Positions 14,085 to 27,447 of a stretch of DNA of 64,000 nt are shown piece after piece; positions within the stretch are counted from its first letter, which is position 1, and every line of letters starts with the position of its first letter. The stretch is from Octopus sinensis (taxonomy: Eukaryota). Location of the stretch: positions 27,404,001 through 27,468,000 of the forward strand of contig NC_043002.1 of NCBI RefSeq assembly GCF_006345805.1. The letters are read 5' to 3'. The notes below the pieces were generated by a model, which was not told where the DNA came from, made no database searches, and saw nothing but the letters and a program-made list of their open reading frames with translations. The position numbers and the translations under genes were made by a program.

Positions 14085-14560
14085 GCTGACTTACTCTTGG
14101 AGAATTCCAACCACCTTTTGTGATTCGCTAACTCAACGATTCCCTTATAGGATCCAGTGGCTAAGCACATCATCAGGAGTAACCACATCCAGTTCCGGCC
14201 GTACTCCTCTACCGTTTTCCGACTTGCGGGTCCATCACTTTCATAGGTGTCTTCATCTCTGGTGTTGAGTGCTTTTTTTTTATTCTTTATATTTTTGTTC
14301 TTTGATTTCTTCTTTGCAGTTTCAACGAATGTCAGTGGGTGAATAACCAGCCTGACAAATTTCCCCTTAACTACTTGCCAGTAGCCTCCAGCAGTCAGCG
14401 CCAGCTATCTGTCACGTGACACAATCTAAGCTTCAGCAAAACGGTAGAGGAGTGGGGACCAAAACCGGACGTGGTTCCTCCTGATGATGTCCTTAGATAC
14501 TGGATTCTATAAAGGGGCTGTTGAGTTAGCGAACCACGAAACGTGGTTTGAATTCTCCAT
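14085..14560. repeat. Imperfect inverted repeat (~110-bp arms, 14085-14200 and 14450-14560), possibly a PLE pLTR remnant
   Basis: GGA.GTGGTT.CTCCTGATGATGT.CTTAG..ACTGGAT.CTATAA.GG...GTTGAGTTAGCGAA.CAC.AAA.GTGGTT.GAATTCTCCA occurs in both orientations. Confidence 0.75.
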
Positions 14561-15004
14561 GGGAGGATATATTCGAATTTGTGTGTACGACAAAAGGTAA
14601 AGTTGATAATCGAAATATTTGAACTCAAGTCTTTGGGAAATCGAACGAAATACAGAATAAAATTGTTTGATGTGCAAATTCTTCTAACTGACCGATTTTG
14701 GAGATAAATTTGATTCTGCATGTCATGGAAAGTGTTTAGCAAAGTAGATTTTCCATAAAGCGCAGAATAAGTATATTATCTTGCATGATTGTTCGGCTAA
14801 GCGGCATTGTTGGTCTGCAATTATTCGCTTAGCTGAAAATGACATGTGTTGTGGCAAACATCATAGATGTAAACGCCATTGTTAGTAGGGACAAGAAATA
14901 ACAATTGTAGCATCAGTGTGTACTTTAATGATTACTTGAATTTTCCTGTCATGGTTTAATGAAGCGTCCAACTTAAGACTGTCTGACTGCGTGCGCGCTG
15001 TTGA

Positions 15005-15147
<143 letters not shown>

Positions 15148-15509
15148 TCATACATATGAAGGCGTAAGATTCAGTGGTTAGAATATTCGCTCAGAATCGT
15201 AAAGACGTGGGTTCTGTTACTGTTGGTGCATCATGTCCTTTAGCAAGAAGCTTTATTTTACATTCCTCCAGAATCCTCAGAGTTGTACCTCTTACTCAGT
15301 TGGCGACCCTTGTCACAATTCTAAGTAAAACTGAACCTCCCTGACAACTAGGGTAATGGTATACCTAACCGTGAAGTGCTCAGCCGTTTGCACGTTAATT
15401 TCTTTAGCAGTCTTTTCTCTTAATCGAATTGATTGGAACACACATCGTGCTAACAGACGGAGAACTTACTCACAACCATCACATCAACATATATGTATGT
15501 GTGTATATG

Positions 15510-15559
<50 letters not shown>

Positions 15560-16549
15560 CATTTGTATGTGTATATATATATATATACATATGTATACAT
15601 CTATATGTATATATATACATATATATATATATATATACATATATATATAGATATATATATGCATATGTATATGTATATACATATATATACATATACATGC
15701 GTATAAGAAGAGATGACCACTAAGTAGACATCCATTACGCAAGAAGTAGCTCACCTACGATCTAACCACAAAGAAAAGAATGTTCTCTAGAAGATTTCAG
15801 ATTTTTCTATATACTAGGCTACTGGTTTTAAATTGATGTTAATTAAATTAATATTTAATTTATCACCCTCATTATTTCAATTTTAAATATTTATGTTCTC
15901 TAACCGGCAACATTAACTGCAGTGAATTATCTTCTGCAGAACTGTTTCCGGGATTTAGTGCGCCAGAGCTGAGACATTTGAAAATAACCCCAATGTCATC
16001 GGTAGAACTGTACACACGTCTAATTTTATGCGGACAACGCGTATATAGTTCTACAAATTATATTTAATTAGAACGGTCGTATTGAAGAGTCCACGGACGG
16101 TGTTACGTAAATGAAATGACTTGTCTTTTACACAAGCCGGGGGGAAAAGGTTAAAATTTAAGTTAGCTTTAGGAACACCAAATCACGTGTACAACTTTGG
16201 TTGGACCAGTACCCTGTGCAGATGGTATTTGAAATGCACTTAAATTGTACCCTAACGAAGCGGCAACATTAATTAACACCTAAATGTTCATCAAGATGCA
16301 AAATTTGCAGTGTGCACTGACTAGCATCGGAAACATATGTAGGTACTGGCATGAAAAGATGTGATTAATTGTATATCAAAACCTTGATATGTAAATCTCT
16401 TTTCTCCTAATTTATTACAATATATGTTTTCGATCCAACATGTACATAATATTGTATATAGCTTTATATGTACATCGAGGAGCAATTGCCAAAATGCATC
16501 ATATATATGTGTGTGTGTGTGTGTGTGAGTGTGTGTGTGTGTGTGTGTT

Positions 16550-16614
<65 letters not shown>

Positions 16615-17532
16615 GTGTGTGCGTGTGCTATCCAGAAGTAGGATTATATGTACTTTCAGACTTGCATTTGGGCTTCTGTCAAGTGTGAATAGATAAGTGA
16701 AAAAAATAGTCAATAAAGAGCAATACTGTGGGACATTTATTTTCAATCACTACAATTGTTTCTACGCAACGTAGTTCTCCAGGTGTGCAGGTACTTGATT
16801 ATGCAATCGTTTCCCTGTATTTTGATATCTAGTTGTGTTTCCTCAGGCAATATATTAATATTTTCTCCGCAACTTCAACTTCTCGGCTATAAGAGCATCC
16901 TCTCTGCCTGTTGTGGCTTGAAGCTAATAGTAGCCATTGGGTTTTCAAAGTGTGTTGTCACTGAAGGACCGTAGGCAAACTGATATTAATGTGTAGATAC
17001 AGTGGGATGGTGATTCTGCAACTCCAAAATTGTTTGCCGTTTTAAAGTGATTGCTATTCAATTTCTTTGTACTTTAAGACTCGACCCATACGTGCACATG
17101 TATGGTCATTATGCATACTGATGCTCAGATACATACACAAACACACTCATACCCACATATACACGCGCACACACAATCATATATGTATATTATAATTATA
17201 AGGATTATTACAAAGCTGCATAGCACTACCCCTAGTTCTTTTAATATATATACCGCTTTACGTAGACCTACACATGTTTCAATTGCAACTATATAGATAA
17301 ACGAAATACTTTAAAAGTTAAATCGAAGTATATTAAGTAAAGATCTCGAAGAAACTGCACTGGTGTTATAGTAGGGTTGCAATTGCAACGGTTACTAATC
17401 AGAGCAGCTGAAACATGTGTAGATCTATGTAAAACTGTATACACTTATATTAAAAGAATTAAAGGTAATGCTATGCAACTTCATAACACTCCTTACTATT
17501 ATTAGTTTTGATATATATATATATATATATAT

Positions 17533-17652
17533 ATTGGCCTGCTCGCTTAGCCAGCGGGGTGGCGTCATTCGAAGGCTAAAACAATGCGAATGCATTGTGA
17601 CCAGAGATGTGTAACAACATCTGATGGTCTGGTCGGTCACGTGATCACGTGA
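17533..17652 (+). mobile_element. SINE 3' fragment (family of 26326-26631)
   Basis: TTGGCCTG.TCGCTTAGCCAGCGG.GT.GCGTCATT..AAGGCTAAA.CAATGCGAA matches 26515-26631. Confidence 0.8.
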
Positions 17653-18967
17653 TATATATATATATATATATATGTAAAGACCTCATAAAGAAGAATGGAG
17701 AATTTATGCATCTTCAAAATTTGCTTATTATCGTATTATTTTCATTAAATTCACTTCTTAAATTTCAGTACGGCACGTGTTTCTGCTAGATAAGTTTTTT
17801 TAATGTCCTTTGATGTAACATTTGCACATGCACTTAGTTGGTTCAGTTGTAGAACATATTCTTCCAGGGTAGACATTTCAAAGCAACATTGCACAAAGTG
17901 TACCCATCCAGTTGGGTGAATTCCAGTTTTAGATAGACCCTTTGAAATCATATTTTAAGAGGGCTGTCATAAATATTTAGGGTACACGACAGTAGGCATA
18001 GCTTAAAAAAATTATATGGCTATAATTCTGGCATCATTTAAATGACGTTTTTAGTATCTAAGGGAATAGACTATTTTATAATCGTAGCTGAAGAAAAAAA
18101 AACGAATTAGGCCAGAATGCATTCACTTCACCTACCACTCGTCATGCAGATATAATAATACGATATAGGATAAATAGATATATATCAATGGAAACGAAAG
18201 TAGGAGGAAATGAATGAATTGCGTTTAAATTTGGGTATTTAGACTAGTCTATATCCATAAACTTTGATACTTTTATAAATGTTTGAAGTGTAATATCCAA
18301 TGCGATGAGTAAAGTATGTTGAAATTCTAATCATATTTAATCACAATCCACAAAAAAGTCTCTATTTCGAGGTTTATTTTGAGATTGGTAAAATCTAAGC
18401 GGAATAGATTTACGATTACTTGACGTCTATCTATGTTTATATCCCATTATAATTCTCATTTGGAAAATATTTAGATACTTTGTAAATGAATGTGCACATT
18501 TTAGAGATAAATCGTTTCTGTAATTTAATAACCTGTAATTAGATTTAAAGATATGAATATTTCTTCAAAACATAGATTACATTCCGAGCTGTCAATGGTA
18601 AATGGTGAAGCGCTGACTTGCACATTTAATATCATATTTAATGTTTTTATACATTAAAGACGAAATGAACCCACTGAAACTGGAAGAATTCATTTTTTTC
18701 TCTATTTTTGTGAAAAGAAGGTGGTTACGTAATCTTTTCTTAAATTGAATAAAACACGAACAAATGCAATAATTACAAATACAATCAACTGCTACCGTAC
18801 ATCCATAAACTGTCTCTCTGATGCATTGCTATTCAGTCGGACTCCTCTTACAGCTACAATTATACTTACTAATATTAAACCTATGCTTGCTACTAACAGA
18901 AGTGTAAAGTACTCCGTCTATATTATTACGTATTATTCTACTGGTATTATTAGTCTAGTTATAGATT

Positions 18968-19602
18968 TGTTATGTCGCACGTTCGGATGCCTCTAATACT
19001 CTACCTGACTCCGCTCTGTTCTACTCTCCTAACATCCGAGCTTCTTCCTCTATATCTACGTACTGGGCTACACTACTTCATCGTTTGGGGGCGTCTACAC
19101 AAGATTATTTGGTCCATATATTTGAAATGAGTGTCGATTAGGCCCAAATATCTCCCATATACTATCTTCTGTAGGCTCTCTCTTGTTTTCACTACCATTG
19201 CGAGCCAATTGTCCCTCTAGAATCATTTATAGTCGCCATTGTTATCTATACGTATTTGATTCATATCATAAACCTTATTTATATATTCTTTGACATCATT
19301 CTTAGGGATAGAGAATGATTGTAGAGGGATAATTGGCTCTCAATGAGAGTGAAAACAATAGAGAGCCTACAGAAGCTAGTATATGGGAGATATTTGGGCC
19401 TAAGTGACACTCATTTCAAATATATGGACCCAGTCACGAATCTACTAACACACCCATTTTAATCTTGTTGTGTAGACGCCCCCAGACGATGAAGTAGGCT
19501 AGCCCAGTACGTAGATATAGAGGGAGAAGCCTAGACGTCAGGAGAGTAGAACAGAGCGGAGTCGAGTAGAGTAGTAGAGGCATCCGAACGTGCGACATAA
19601 CA
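18968..19602. repeat. Inverted repeat, arms 18968-19227 and 19314-19602
   Basis: Arms are reverse-complementary with a ~30-bp indel. The 86-bp spacer largely duplicates 20205-20275. Confidence 0.85.
19466..19602 (+). mobile_element. 137-bp LTR-like unit (TGTTGTG...CATAACA) followed by a PBS-like TGG, a PPT and a partial second copy
   Basis: TG...CA termini with a short terminal inverted repeat, then G-TGGGG, PPT TAAAGGGGGA (19620-19629) and a repeat of the unit start at 19632-19680. An inverted full copy lies at 18968-19102. Confidence 0.6.
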
Positions 19603-21574
19603 GTGGGGTTTAAAAACTCTAAAGGGGGATGTGTTGTGTAGATGCCCCCAGATGATGAAGTAGACTAGCCCAATATGCGTATATTTATTATTACACCAAT
19701 TTAGTTATTATTTTCGATCCTTATATTATTACTATTTATATTAGTTTAATTATTTGTGTTTACTGAGCTCTTATTACTTAATTCTGTAATCCTCCTCAAA
19801 TTTTGTGCTGCAATAAATTAGGCTGGATTCCTACTCGCCGAAAAGTTAAACCTAATCGTGTGCCGATTGCTAGATGTGAAAAAGTGCCTATCAAATGCAA
19901 CGAAAATTTTTTCAGGTATGCTTGTGGACATATGTGTTCTAAAGACTGTATTATACCTCAGTATATGCCTTGATTTATTATTTTTTTTAGAGAGTAGTCA
20001 CTATTTTGTTTAACAGCTTCATTTGTATGTGTACTGAATGTTTTCTTAAAACTCTATTACTAATACTCTGATTATGATGGGGTTTACTTAAACTTATATA
20101 TTTATCAATTATGCGATTATTCTTATTGTTTTGATTTTCGGCATGGTGACTAGAAATTTCATTGTCCTTGTGAAGGTTCTTTGTTTTATGTTCACTTTAT
20201 TTATTATCTATACCTATTTGATTCATATCATAAACCTTATTCATATATTCTTTGACATCATTCTTATGGATAGGGAATATTTTATCCCTATATCCAGCTT
20301 CAGATAGAGCAGTGTTATAGTACTTTTCATTATTCCGTCGTTGGGACATAAGAGCTACGAAGAGAATTATTTCTAACGATAGAACCAGTAATATTTTTAG
20401 GCTGATTAAAATTTTTACTTAAGTGTTTAAGGTTATCATAGGGCTTGTCGTCTGTTTGGTATGATCTGGTATCCAGATCCACATTAGCATATATCAAATT
20501 CACATTACCGTGTTAATTTTCAATAGAAATATTAATCCTAATAATTTAAAACGCCATTTTTCTGGGATTTTTCTATACTTACATCACTAGATTTATATAC
20601 CGTAAAGAGAGCGTTGCCCCTATATAATCATCCCATCATTTTCAAAAATTCTCTTTTATTGATTTTTAGATATAAATAAGCACAAAGACTGTTACTTGAG
20701 CGAAATCCTTGGAGCACAGTAATATCAAGCTGGTAGGGTTTCTCTTTCCTTATCCAGTCTTTTTCTTAAAATTCAATTATGGATTTATTGCAGCTGGTAT
20801 AATATCTATTTCTTCTCTTTGATAAGATTGAGTTTCTCATTGCGAATATTAAGTAAAATTGCGCTAATTGATGCACAGTAATTAGATACGTATAATTGTA
20901 TGAATTGAATGCGCTTTTTTTTTATACTTAAAGTCAGTGAACAATCTATAGCTTTCTACGAACTAGTTAAGTTTGATTTGATAAGTTAAGTTTATTTAAA
21001 TTTATAAGTTTTTGTATGTGTTTGTCAATATAACTTTTTTAATCATATCTATATCCGATTTGCAAGGGCATATAAGGTTAATTCTAGGAGCTTTAGTGAG
21101 GTAATGTTTTGTTCTATCTTCTAGGTGCAACTCCCTTCTATTTACATTGCCTATAAGCTCGTATTTAATAGGTTTTTTAGTAGTTATTTTATAATTTTTT
21201 TAAATAATTTATTTCCTAATTGTAGAGGAACAGAGATTATATTCTAAGTACTTTAAATTACTAGTTTTATATGCGTCCACTAGAATTCCAGCCGTTCTCA
21301 GGTGTTGGTTCATAAGTAAAGGGTAATGGTGGAACTTTACGTTCCGGATGATATTCCAAAGTTCTTCATTAAATACCAGGAGCAATGGATTAGAAGGTGG
21401 AATCCTCCGAAATATAAATGATGTATTTTAATACGTCATCGTTATCAATCAGATCATTGTCCATTTCTTTTCTATCAAAGAGACTACCTCCCAAAATGCA
21501 ATATTAAAAATATTATTGATAAAACTAACTCTTTTATACGCCGCATGTGATGTATTTATACATAACTATATCTC

Positions 21575-21661
<87 letters not shown>

Positions 21662-22353
21662 AAAGGTTTGAAAATGCAATTTAAACGATGTTTATTTACT
21701 TAACCGGTTTCACTCTTTGGTAAAAGATTGTCAAAAGAAACTTTGAATATTATGGGTTCAAAAAAGTGTTTTACATAATGTCACATTGAATATTATGAAT
21801 TCAAAAATGTTTTTTTTATACATAATTGTCACATTACATGTATAAACATAGTATAAAAGTTCAATAGTATGATGAGAATATTTGGAAAAATTGGCAGAAA
21901 AGAAAAAACAAATATATATTGGAAATTTGGTTGCGTTAATTATTGATTGTCGCCAATTGTCACATTACATGTATAATATACAGTCTTTGGTAGAAAGGAC
22001 ATGTTAAAGACATACGGAAGTGTAATAGTTTGGTGAGAAAGCTTGTAATATTGACAGAGAAATTAAAATGGATATTTTAGACATCTCAGACTATTTTGAA
22101 TCGAAGGCGAGAATTTGTTTTTTACTGACCTGTTTGTTTTAGCAGAAAAGTTGGATTGAGAGAAAAAAAGATATGTACCCAGTTTGGTTTATACTTCCCC
22201 TTCAAGCATCAGTGATTTTGGGGTTATTGGGAGGTGAGTATGCGGGTGTGAATAGATGTGTCCGTGTGCCTGGTGGTCAAACAGCGTCTGTTTGTCACAC
22301 ACATATATATACACACACACACACAACAACAATACACACACACATAGTATACA

Positions 22354-22887
22354 ACTAAATCAAGACCCACGCCTGAAAAAAATACTGGCAGCTCATAAAA
22401 TAATAAAAAGTAAGAGACAACCTAAATCCCTAAAAAACCTCCTCACCAACGCAAAATTACACAACACAAACCCACCGCCCACCATCAAAAAATGTGGTCG
22501 CCCCAATTGCAAGACCTGCATCCACCTCATTGAGGGATCGTCGTACAAGTTCCACTCGGGACACACATTCATCATAAAAAATAATTTCACGTGCGCATCA
22601 AAAAATTTACTCTACGTCATAAGGTGTGAAGGATGCCACGAAGACTACATAGGGCAAACGAGCCTTACCCTCAGAAAAGAATGACAGTTCACCGACAACA
22701 ACTGAGGGACCCCTCCACAAGACAGATACCACTAAGTGGACACTTAGACCTTTGTGCACACAATAAGTCCCCCAAATTCTTAGTCTTCCCACTATACCAA
22801 TGCTCGGACAACACCACAGACCAAACACGAATAAATAAGGAATGTAATCTTATTCAAAAATACAGACCACAACTAAACATACTCTAA
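22354..22887 (+). pseudogene. PLE linker plus GIY-YIG endonuclease, one frameshift near 22678
   Basis: KIIKSKRQPKSLKNLLTNAKL..KCGRPNCKTC..FTCASKNLLYVIRCEGCHEDYIGQTSLTLRK/RMTVHRQQ..LSGHLDLC..RINKECNLIQKYRPQLN, with the CCHH pattern and the GIY-YIG R/H/E/N residues. Confidence 0.92.
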
Positions 22888-22889
22888 CA

Positions 22890-24290
22890 TGCCCCCTGGG
22901 CACACATCCAGAGCAGGCACACAGGGGCACGCGCACACTCACAGCATATCGTGCGGGCGGGTACATGCGCGCATCGGCACGCATAGGACACACTAGCGGG
23001 CATTGACCGCACACATACGTGGCACGCACACGCATGCATTATATATATGTAGGTTATGTGTATGTGTGTGGGTGTTGTGTGTGTGTGTGTGAGTGTGCAC
23101 GTTGTGTGTGTGCGCGTGTGTATATGTATGTGTGTGTGTGCATGTGTGTATGTGTGTGTGTGTGCGCGCGTTGTGTGTGTGTGTGTACACGTGTGTATAT
23201 ATGTGTGTGTGTGTGTGCACTGTGTGCGTGTGTGTGTATGTGTGTGTGTGTGTGTGAGCATTGTGTACGTGTGTATGTATTTACATGTGTATTTGTTTTT
23301 ATATATATATATATGTGTGTGTGCTGTGTGTGTATATGCATGGTATGTGTGTATATGCATGGTATGTGTGTATATGTGAGTACATTGTTTGTGTGTGTGT
23401 GCGGTATGTAGAGATATATTTGAGTGTGTACGCTATAGGTTTGTATTTTGTGTGTGTGGGTATGTGTGTGAATTTTATATATATATGTGTGTGTATGTGT
23501 GTGAAAAAATATATGTATGTGCATGTATGTATGTATGTATATGTATATATATATATATGTGTACATATATATATGTGTGTGTGTATGTGTGTGTGTGTAT
23601 ATATATTTTCATGTATATGTGTGTATAAACATGTGCATTATTTGCATGCGCATTGTGTATATGTATATTGTATGTATGTGTACTGTATATGTATGTGTAC
23701 AATTAAGTGTATATATGTGTGTATGTGTGCATTGTATATGTATATTGTAAGTGTGCTATATATACATGAATACATGTATATACGTTGCGTGTATATATAT
23801 GTATGCATTGTGTATGTATGCTATGTGTGTGTGTGTCTATATATATTATATGTATGCGTACGTGTATGTGTATGCATTGTATGTATGTATATTGTGTGTA
23901 TATGTGGTATATCTATGTATGTGTATGTAAACACTATTTATATGTATATATGTATATATGTATATGCATTGTCTATATATATATATATTATATGTATGTA
24001 TTGCGTATGTATATTGCATACATATATTGTGTATGTGTATTATATACATGCTGTGTATGTGTATTGTATGTGTATATATATGCTAGGTGTATTTGTGTGA
24101 TATTTATATTATGTATATATGTGTGCGTGTGTTGTGTGTGTGTGTGTGTGTGTGTATGTGCTATATATGTGTGTATATTATATATAAATACATGTTATAT
24201 TTGTGTGCTGTGTGTATATATTATATATGTGGGTGCGTTGTGTGTGTGTGTGTTTCTGTGTGTGTGTGTTGTGTGTATGTGGTGTGTGTG
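22890..24290. repeat. 1.4-kb degenerate (TG)/(TA) alternating purine-pyrimidine tract inside PLE-2
   Basis: Directly visible mosaic of TG, TA and TATG repeats. Confidence 0.95.
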
Positions 24291-25034
24291 TGTATACTAT
24301 GTGGTGTGTGTTATTGTTGTTGTGTGTGTGTGTATATATATGTGTGTGACAAACAGACGCTGTCTGACCACCAGGCACACGGACACATCTATTCACACCC
24401 GCATACTCACCTCCCAATAACCCCAAAATCACTGATGCTTGAAGGGGAAGTATAACCAAACTGGGTACATATCTTTTTTTCTCTCAATCCAACTTTTCTG
24501 CTAAAACAAACAGGTCAGTAAAAAACAAATTCTCGCCTTCGATTCAAAATAGTCTGAGATGTCTAAAATATCCATTTTAATTTTCTCTGTCAATATTACA
24601 AGCTTTCTCACCAAACTATTACACTTCCGTATGTCTTTAACATGTCCTTTCTACCAAAGACTGTATATATATACATGTAATGTGACAATTGGCGACAATC
24701 AATAATTAACGCAACCAAATTTCCAATAATATATTTGTTTTATTCTTTTCTGCCAATTTTTCCAAATATTCTCATCATACTATTGAACTTTTTTATACTA
24801 TGTTTATACATGTAATGTGACAATTATGTATAAAAAAACATTTTTGAATTCATAATATTCAATGTGACAATTATGTAAAAAACTTTTTTTGAACCCATAA
24901 TATTCAAAGTTTCTTTTGACAATCTTTTACCAAAGAGTGAAACCGTTAAGTAAATAAACATCGTTTAAATTGCATTTTCACAAACCTTTTTTCATATATA
25001 ATCCCACTCGTGCGATACCCCACAACTCAACTTT

Positions 25035-25080
<46 letters not shown>

Positions 25081-25180
25081 AACCATCTCTCTATTTATCT
25101 ATCTATCTCAATCTCTATCTCTCTCAATATCTGTCTCTCTTTCTCCCCTCTTTGTGTACATTGATATATAGATAGTTAGT

Positions 25181-25249
<69 letters not shown>

Positions 25250-26250
25250 TAATGCTTCTGTTTTTGTCAGACCTGAAAGGCTAGGACGACTTGCAATAAG
25301 TAATTGAGAACAAATATTAACTGGCCTTTTATTCGACATTCAAGGGGTTCTGTGGATAAGATTCATTAATTTTTTATATCATGTCGTGATATAATACTCG
25401 TTCTCGTTCCTTTCTTCTTTGCCCTGTTTGCCAACATGAATTCATTCTTCGAAACGCTACACGGGAGACGAATTCACGTAATAAAAGATGTGTTATATTT
25501 TCGCACTTCAAAAGAGAAGTAGACTCCGCCTCATCTCCTGACAGCATACACACACACACACACACACCACACACACATACACACACACACACACACACAT
25601 ACACACACACACACGCATACGCAAATAAACATACACACACACACACGCACACGCACACAACTAAATTTGTTTTTGTTAGTAATGGTCTTTGAAGTACATC
25701 ACAAACAGCGCTTCAGTTTAGCATGTTAATATAACTTATGTGATGCACTTCGAGAAGTATTATAGTCACGTGAACAACTCAATGATATAGTATGTATTCG
25801 TGAATACATGTGTATAATACATGTATGCGTGTGCATAAGTGTGTATGCGAGATGATTATATAATGATGTAATATAAGAAGAAATATAAATAATAATAAAG
25901 CCATGGCCACTAAAATCTTCTATGTCAAGGCAATTGCAAATTTGAATATTATGCACCCGGGTGGTAACTTTAGATTTTTACTGTCATTATTAAGACACAT
26001 ATAAGGTGGCAGAATTGTTACCGCTCCGGGAAAAAAGCTAAGCGGCACTGTATCTTTCAAACTCCGCTAAGGTAGACTTTGCCTCTCATTATTTCAAACT
26101 CTTTAAAACAAGTACAAATTGAGCAACAGAGTCGATGTGATTGACTTAGCCCGTCCACGAAAGAAGTTGCTGGTTTTGTGCCAAAATTAGGAGTGGTTAA
26201 TCAGACGTAGTTATGTAATCATCTCGCATACACACTTTTGTACACGCATG

Positions 26251-26281
<31 letters not shown>

Positions 26282-26325
26282 TCATATATATATATATATA
26301 TATATATACATACATACATACATGT

Positions 26326-26631
26326 GTGGAGGCGCAATGGCCCAGTGGTTACGGTAGCGGACTCACGGTCGTACGATCACGGTTTCGATTCCCAGACCGG
26401 GCGTTGTGAGTGTTTATTGAGCGAAAACACCTAAAGATCCGCGAGGCCCCAGCAAGGGGTGGTGGCGATCACTGCTGTACTCTTTCGCTACAACTTTCTC
26501 TCACTCTTTCCTCTGTTGGCCTGTTCGCTTAGCCAGCGGAGTAGCGTCATTTTAAGGCTAAAGCAATGCGAAGCGGATTGTAACCAGCGATGTGTAGCAA
26601 CATCTGATATCCTGGTCGGTCACGGTGATCA
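26326..26631 (+). mobile_element. Full-length tRNA-derived SINE
   Basis: A-box TGGCCCAGTGG and B-box GGTTTCGATTCC in the head. The tail is shared with 17533-17652. Confidence 0.85.
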
Positions 26632-26647
26632 TATATATACATATATA

Positions 26648-27447
26648 CGAGGTCTGATCAATAAGTATCCTGACTGTTGCTGTAGTAACGAGGCTAAAGA
26701 CGCAGAGTGAAGCCGCTAGGCACGGATTGACCTTAAACTCTACTGTACATACGCACTACGTTTTAATGTTCTAACTCACTTCTGCTGACCATGACAGAAA
26801 AAGTTGCCATGGCGATACCTCCTCAAAGGCCTGTAAAGTTGCAGAAAGTGTTTGGAGGGGAGTGTTTGACCCATACACAAGTGTACGAGTGGTTCAGCTG
26901 TTTCCAAGATGGCCGAAAATATGTTGATACTGAGGAACCAGCAGATCTGAGAAAAGTATCGCAGATGTGCATGCAGCTATGAGGGGAAATCTTCGAATCA
27001 CCATCCGTGAGTTATCAGAGGTTGTGCAGATTATTTACGGTCTTGTCCATTATCACTGAAGATTTTGGTATGAGACTCGTGTCTACCAAGTTTGTGCCAA
27101 AGCTGCTTTCAGATGACCAAAGGGAGGTTTTAGTTACACAAGATCTCTTTGATTGTGTCGAGGACAATGAAAACCTGCGTAGGACTCTGAGCAGGAATCA
27201 CACAGATTTTATTAAAATTTGATGCAGATTCTCTGCTCACCTTACTCCGTCATGGTCAATGCGACCATCATACGCTACACACCTTCATTGCAAGCACTAC
27301 TGTCAACATCAGAAGTGAGCTAGAACGTTAGGACTCAGTGTGCATGCACAGTAGAGTTCAAGGTGAATATGTGCCAAGTAGCTTCACTCTGCCTGCTTTA
27401 GCATCTTTACTATAGAAAGAGTCCGGATACTTATTGATCAGACCACG
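26648..27447 (+). mobile_element. 800-bp non-autonomous mariner derivative with TA TSD
   Basis: TIRs CGAGGTCTGATCAATAAGTATCC / GGATACTTATTGATCAGACCACG flanked by TA. Internal remnants KLQKVFGGECLTHTQVYEWF and FGMRLVSTKFVPKLLSDDQ. Confidence 0.9.

Larger units (their letters stand above)
18760..21560 (-). pseudogene. Heavily decayed, near full-length Naiad-type PLE ORF related to the 45968-48358 element, interrupted at 18968-19690
   Basis: Collinear remnants on the minus strand: GILVDAYKTSN, RINLICPCKSDIDMI, IQFIQLYVSNYCASIS, WIRKEKPYQLDIT, G*LYRGNAL, YYNTALSEAGYRDK, NKSRHILRYNTVF..NRHTIRFNFS..FIAAQN, CSCKRS..QCIRETVYGCTV. An N-terminal piece (IIDKTNSFIRRM*) lies inverted on the plus strand at about 21500-21550. 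Confidence 0.75.
21652..25035 (+). mobile_element. 5'-truncated Penelope/Poseidon-type PLE (PLE-2) with ~700-bp inverted pLTR, inserted in (TA)n
   Basis: Inverted arms 21652-22353 and 24291-24999 flank a GIY-YIG fragment and a 1.4-kb microsatellite-rich 3' region. A 35-nt tail (25001-25035) is present only on the 3' copy. Confidence 0.88.

Noticed and set aside
17751-17951. Possible Tc1-like C-terminal remnant (TLEE..ACANVT)
   Set aside because: There is only faint motif resemblance, with no catalytic motif or TIR.
26326-26400. tRNA genes at SINE heads (also 34857, 33420-33488, 44434)
   Set aside because: A/B boxes are present, but they continue into shared SINE bodies and I could not fold a complete cloverleaf.
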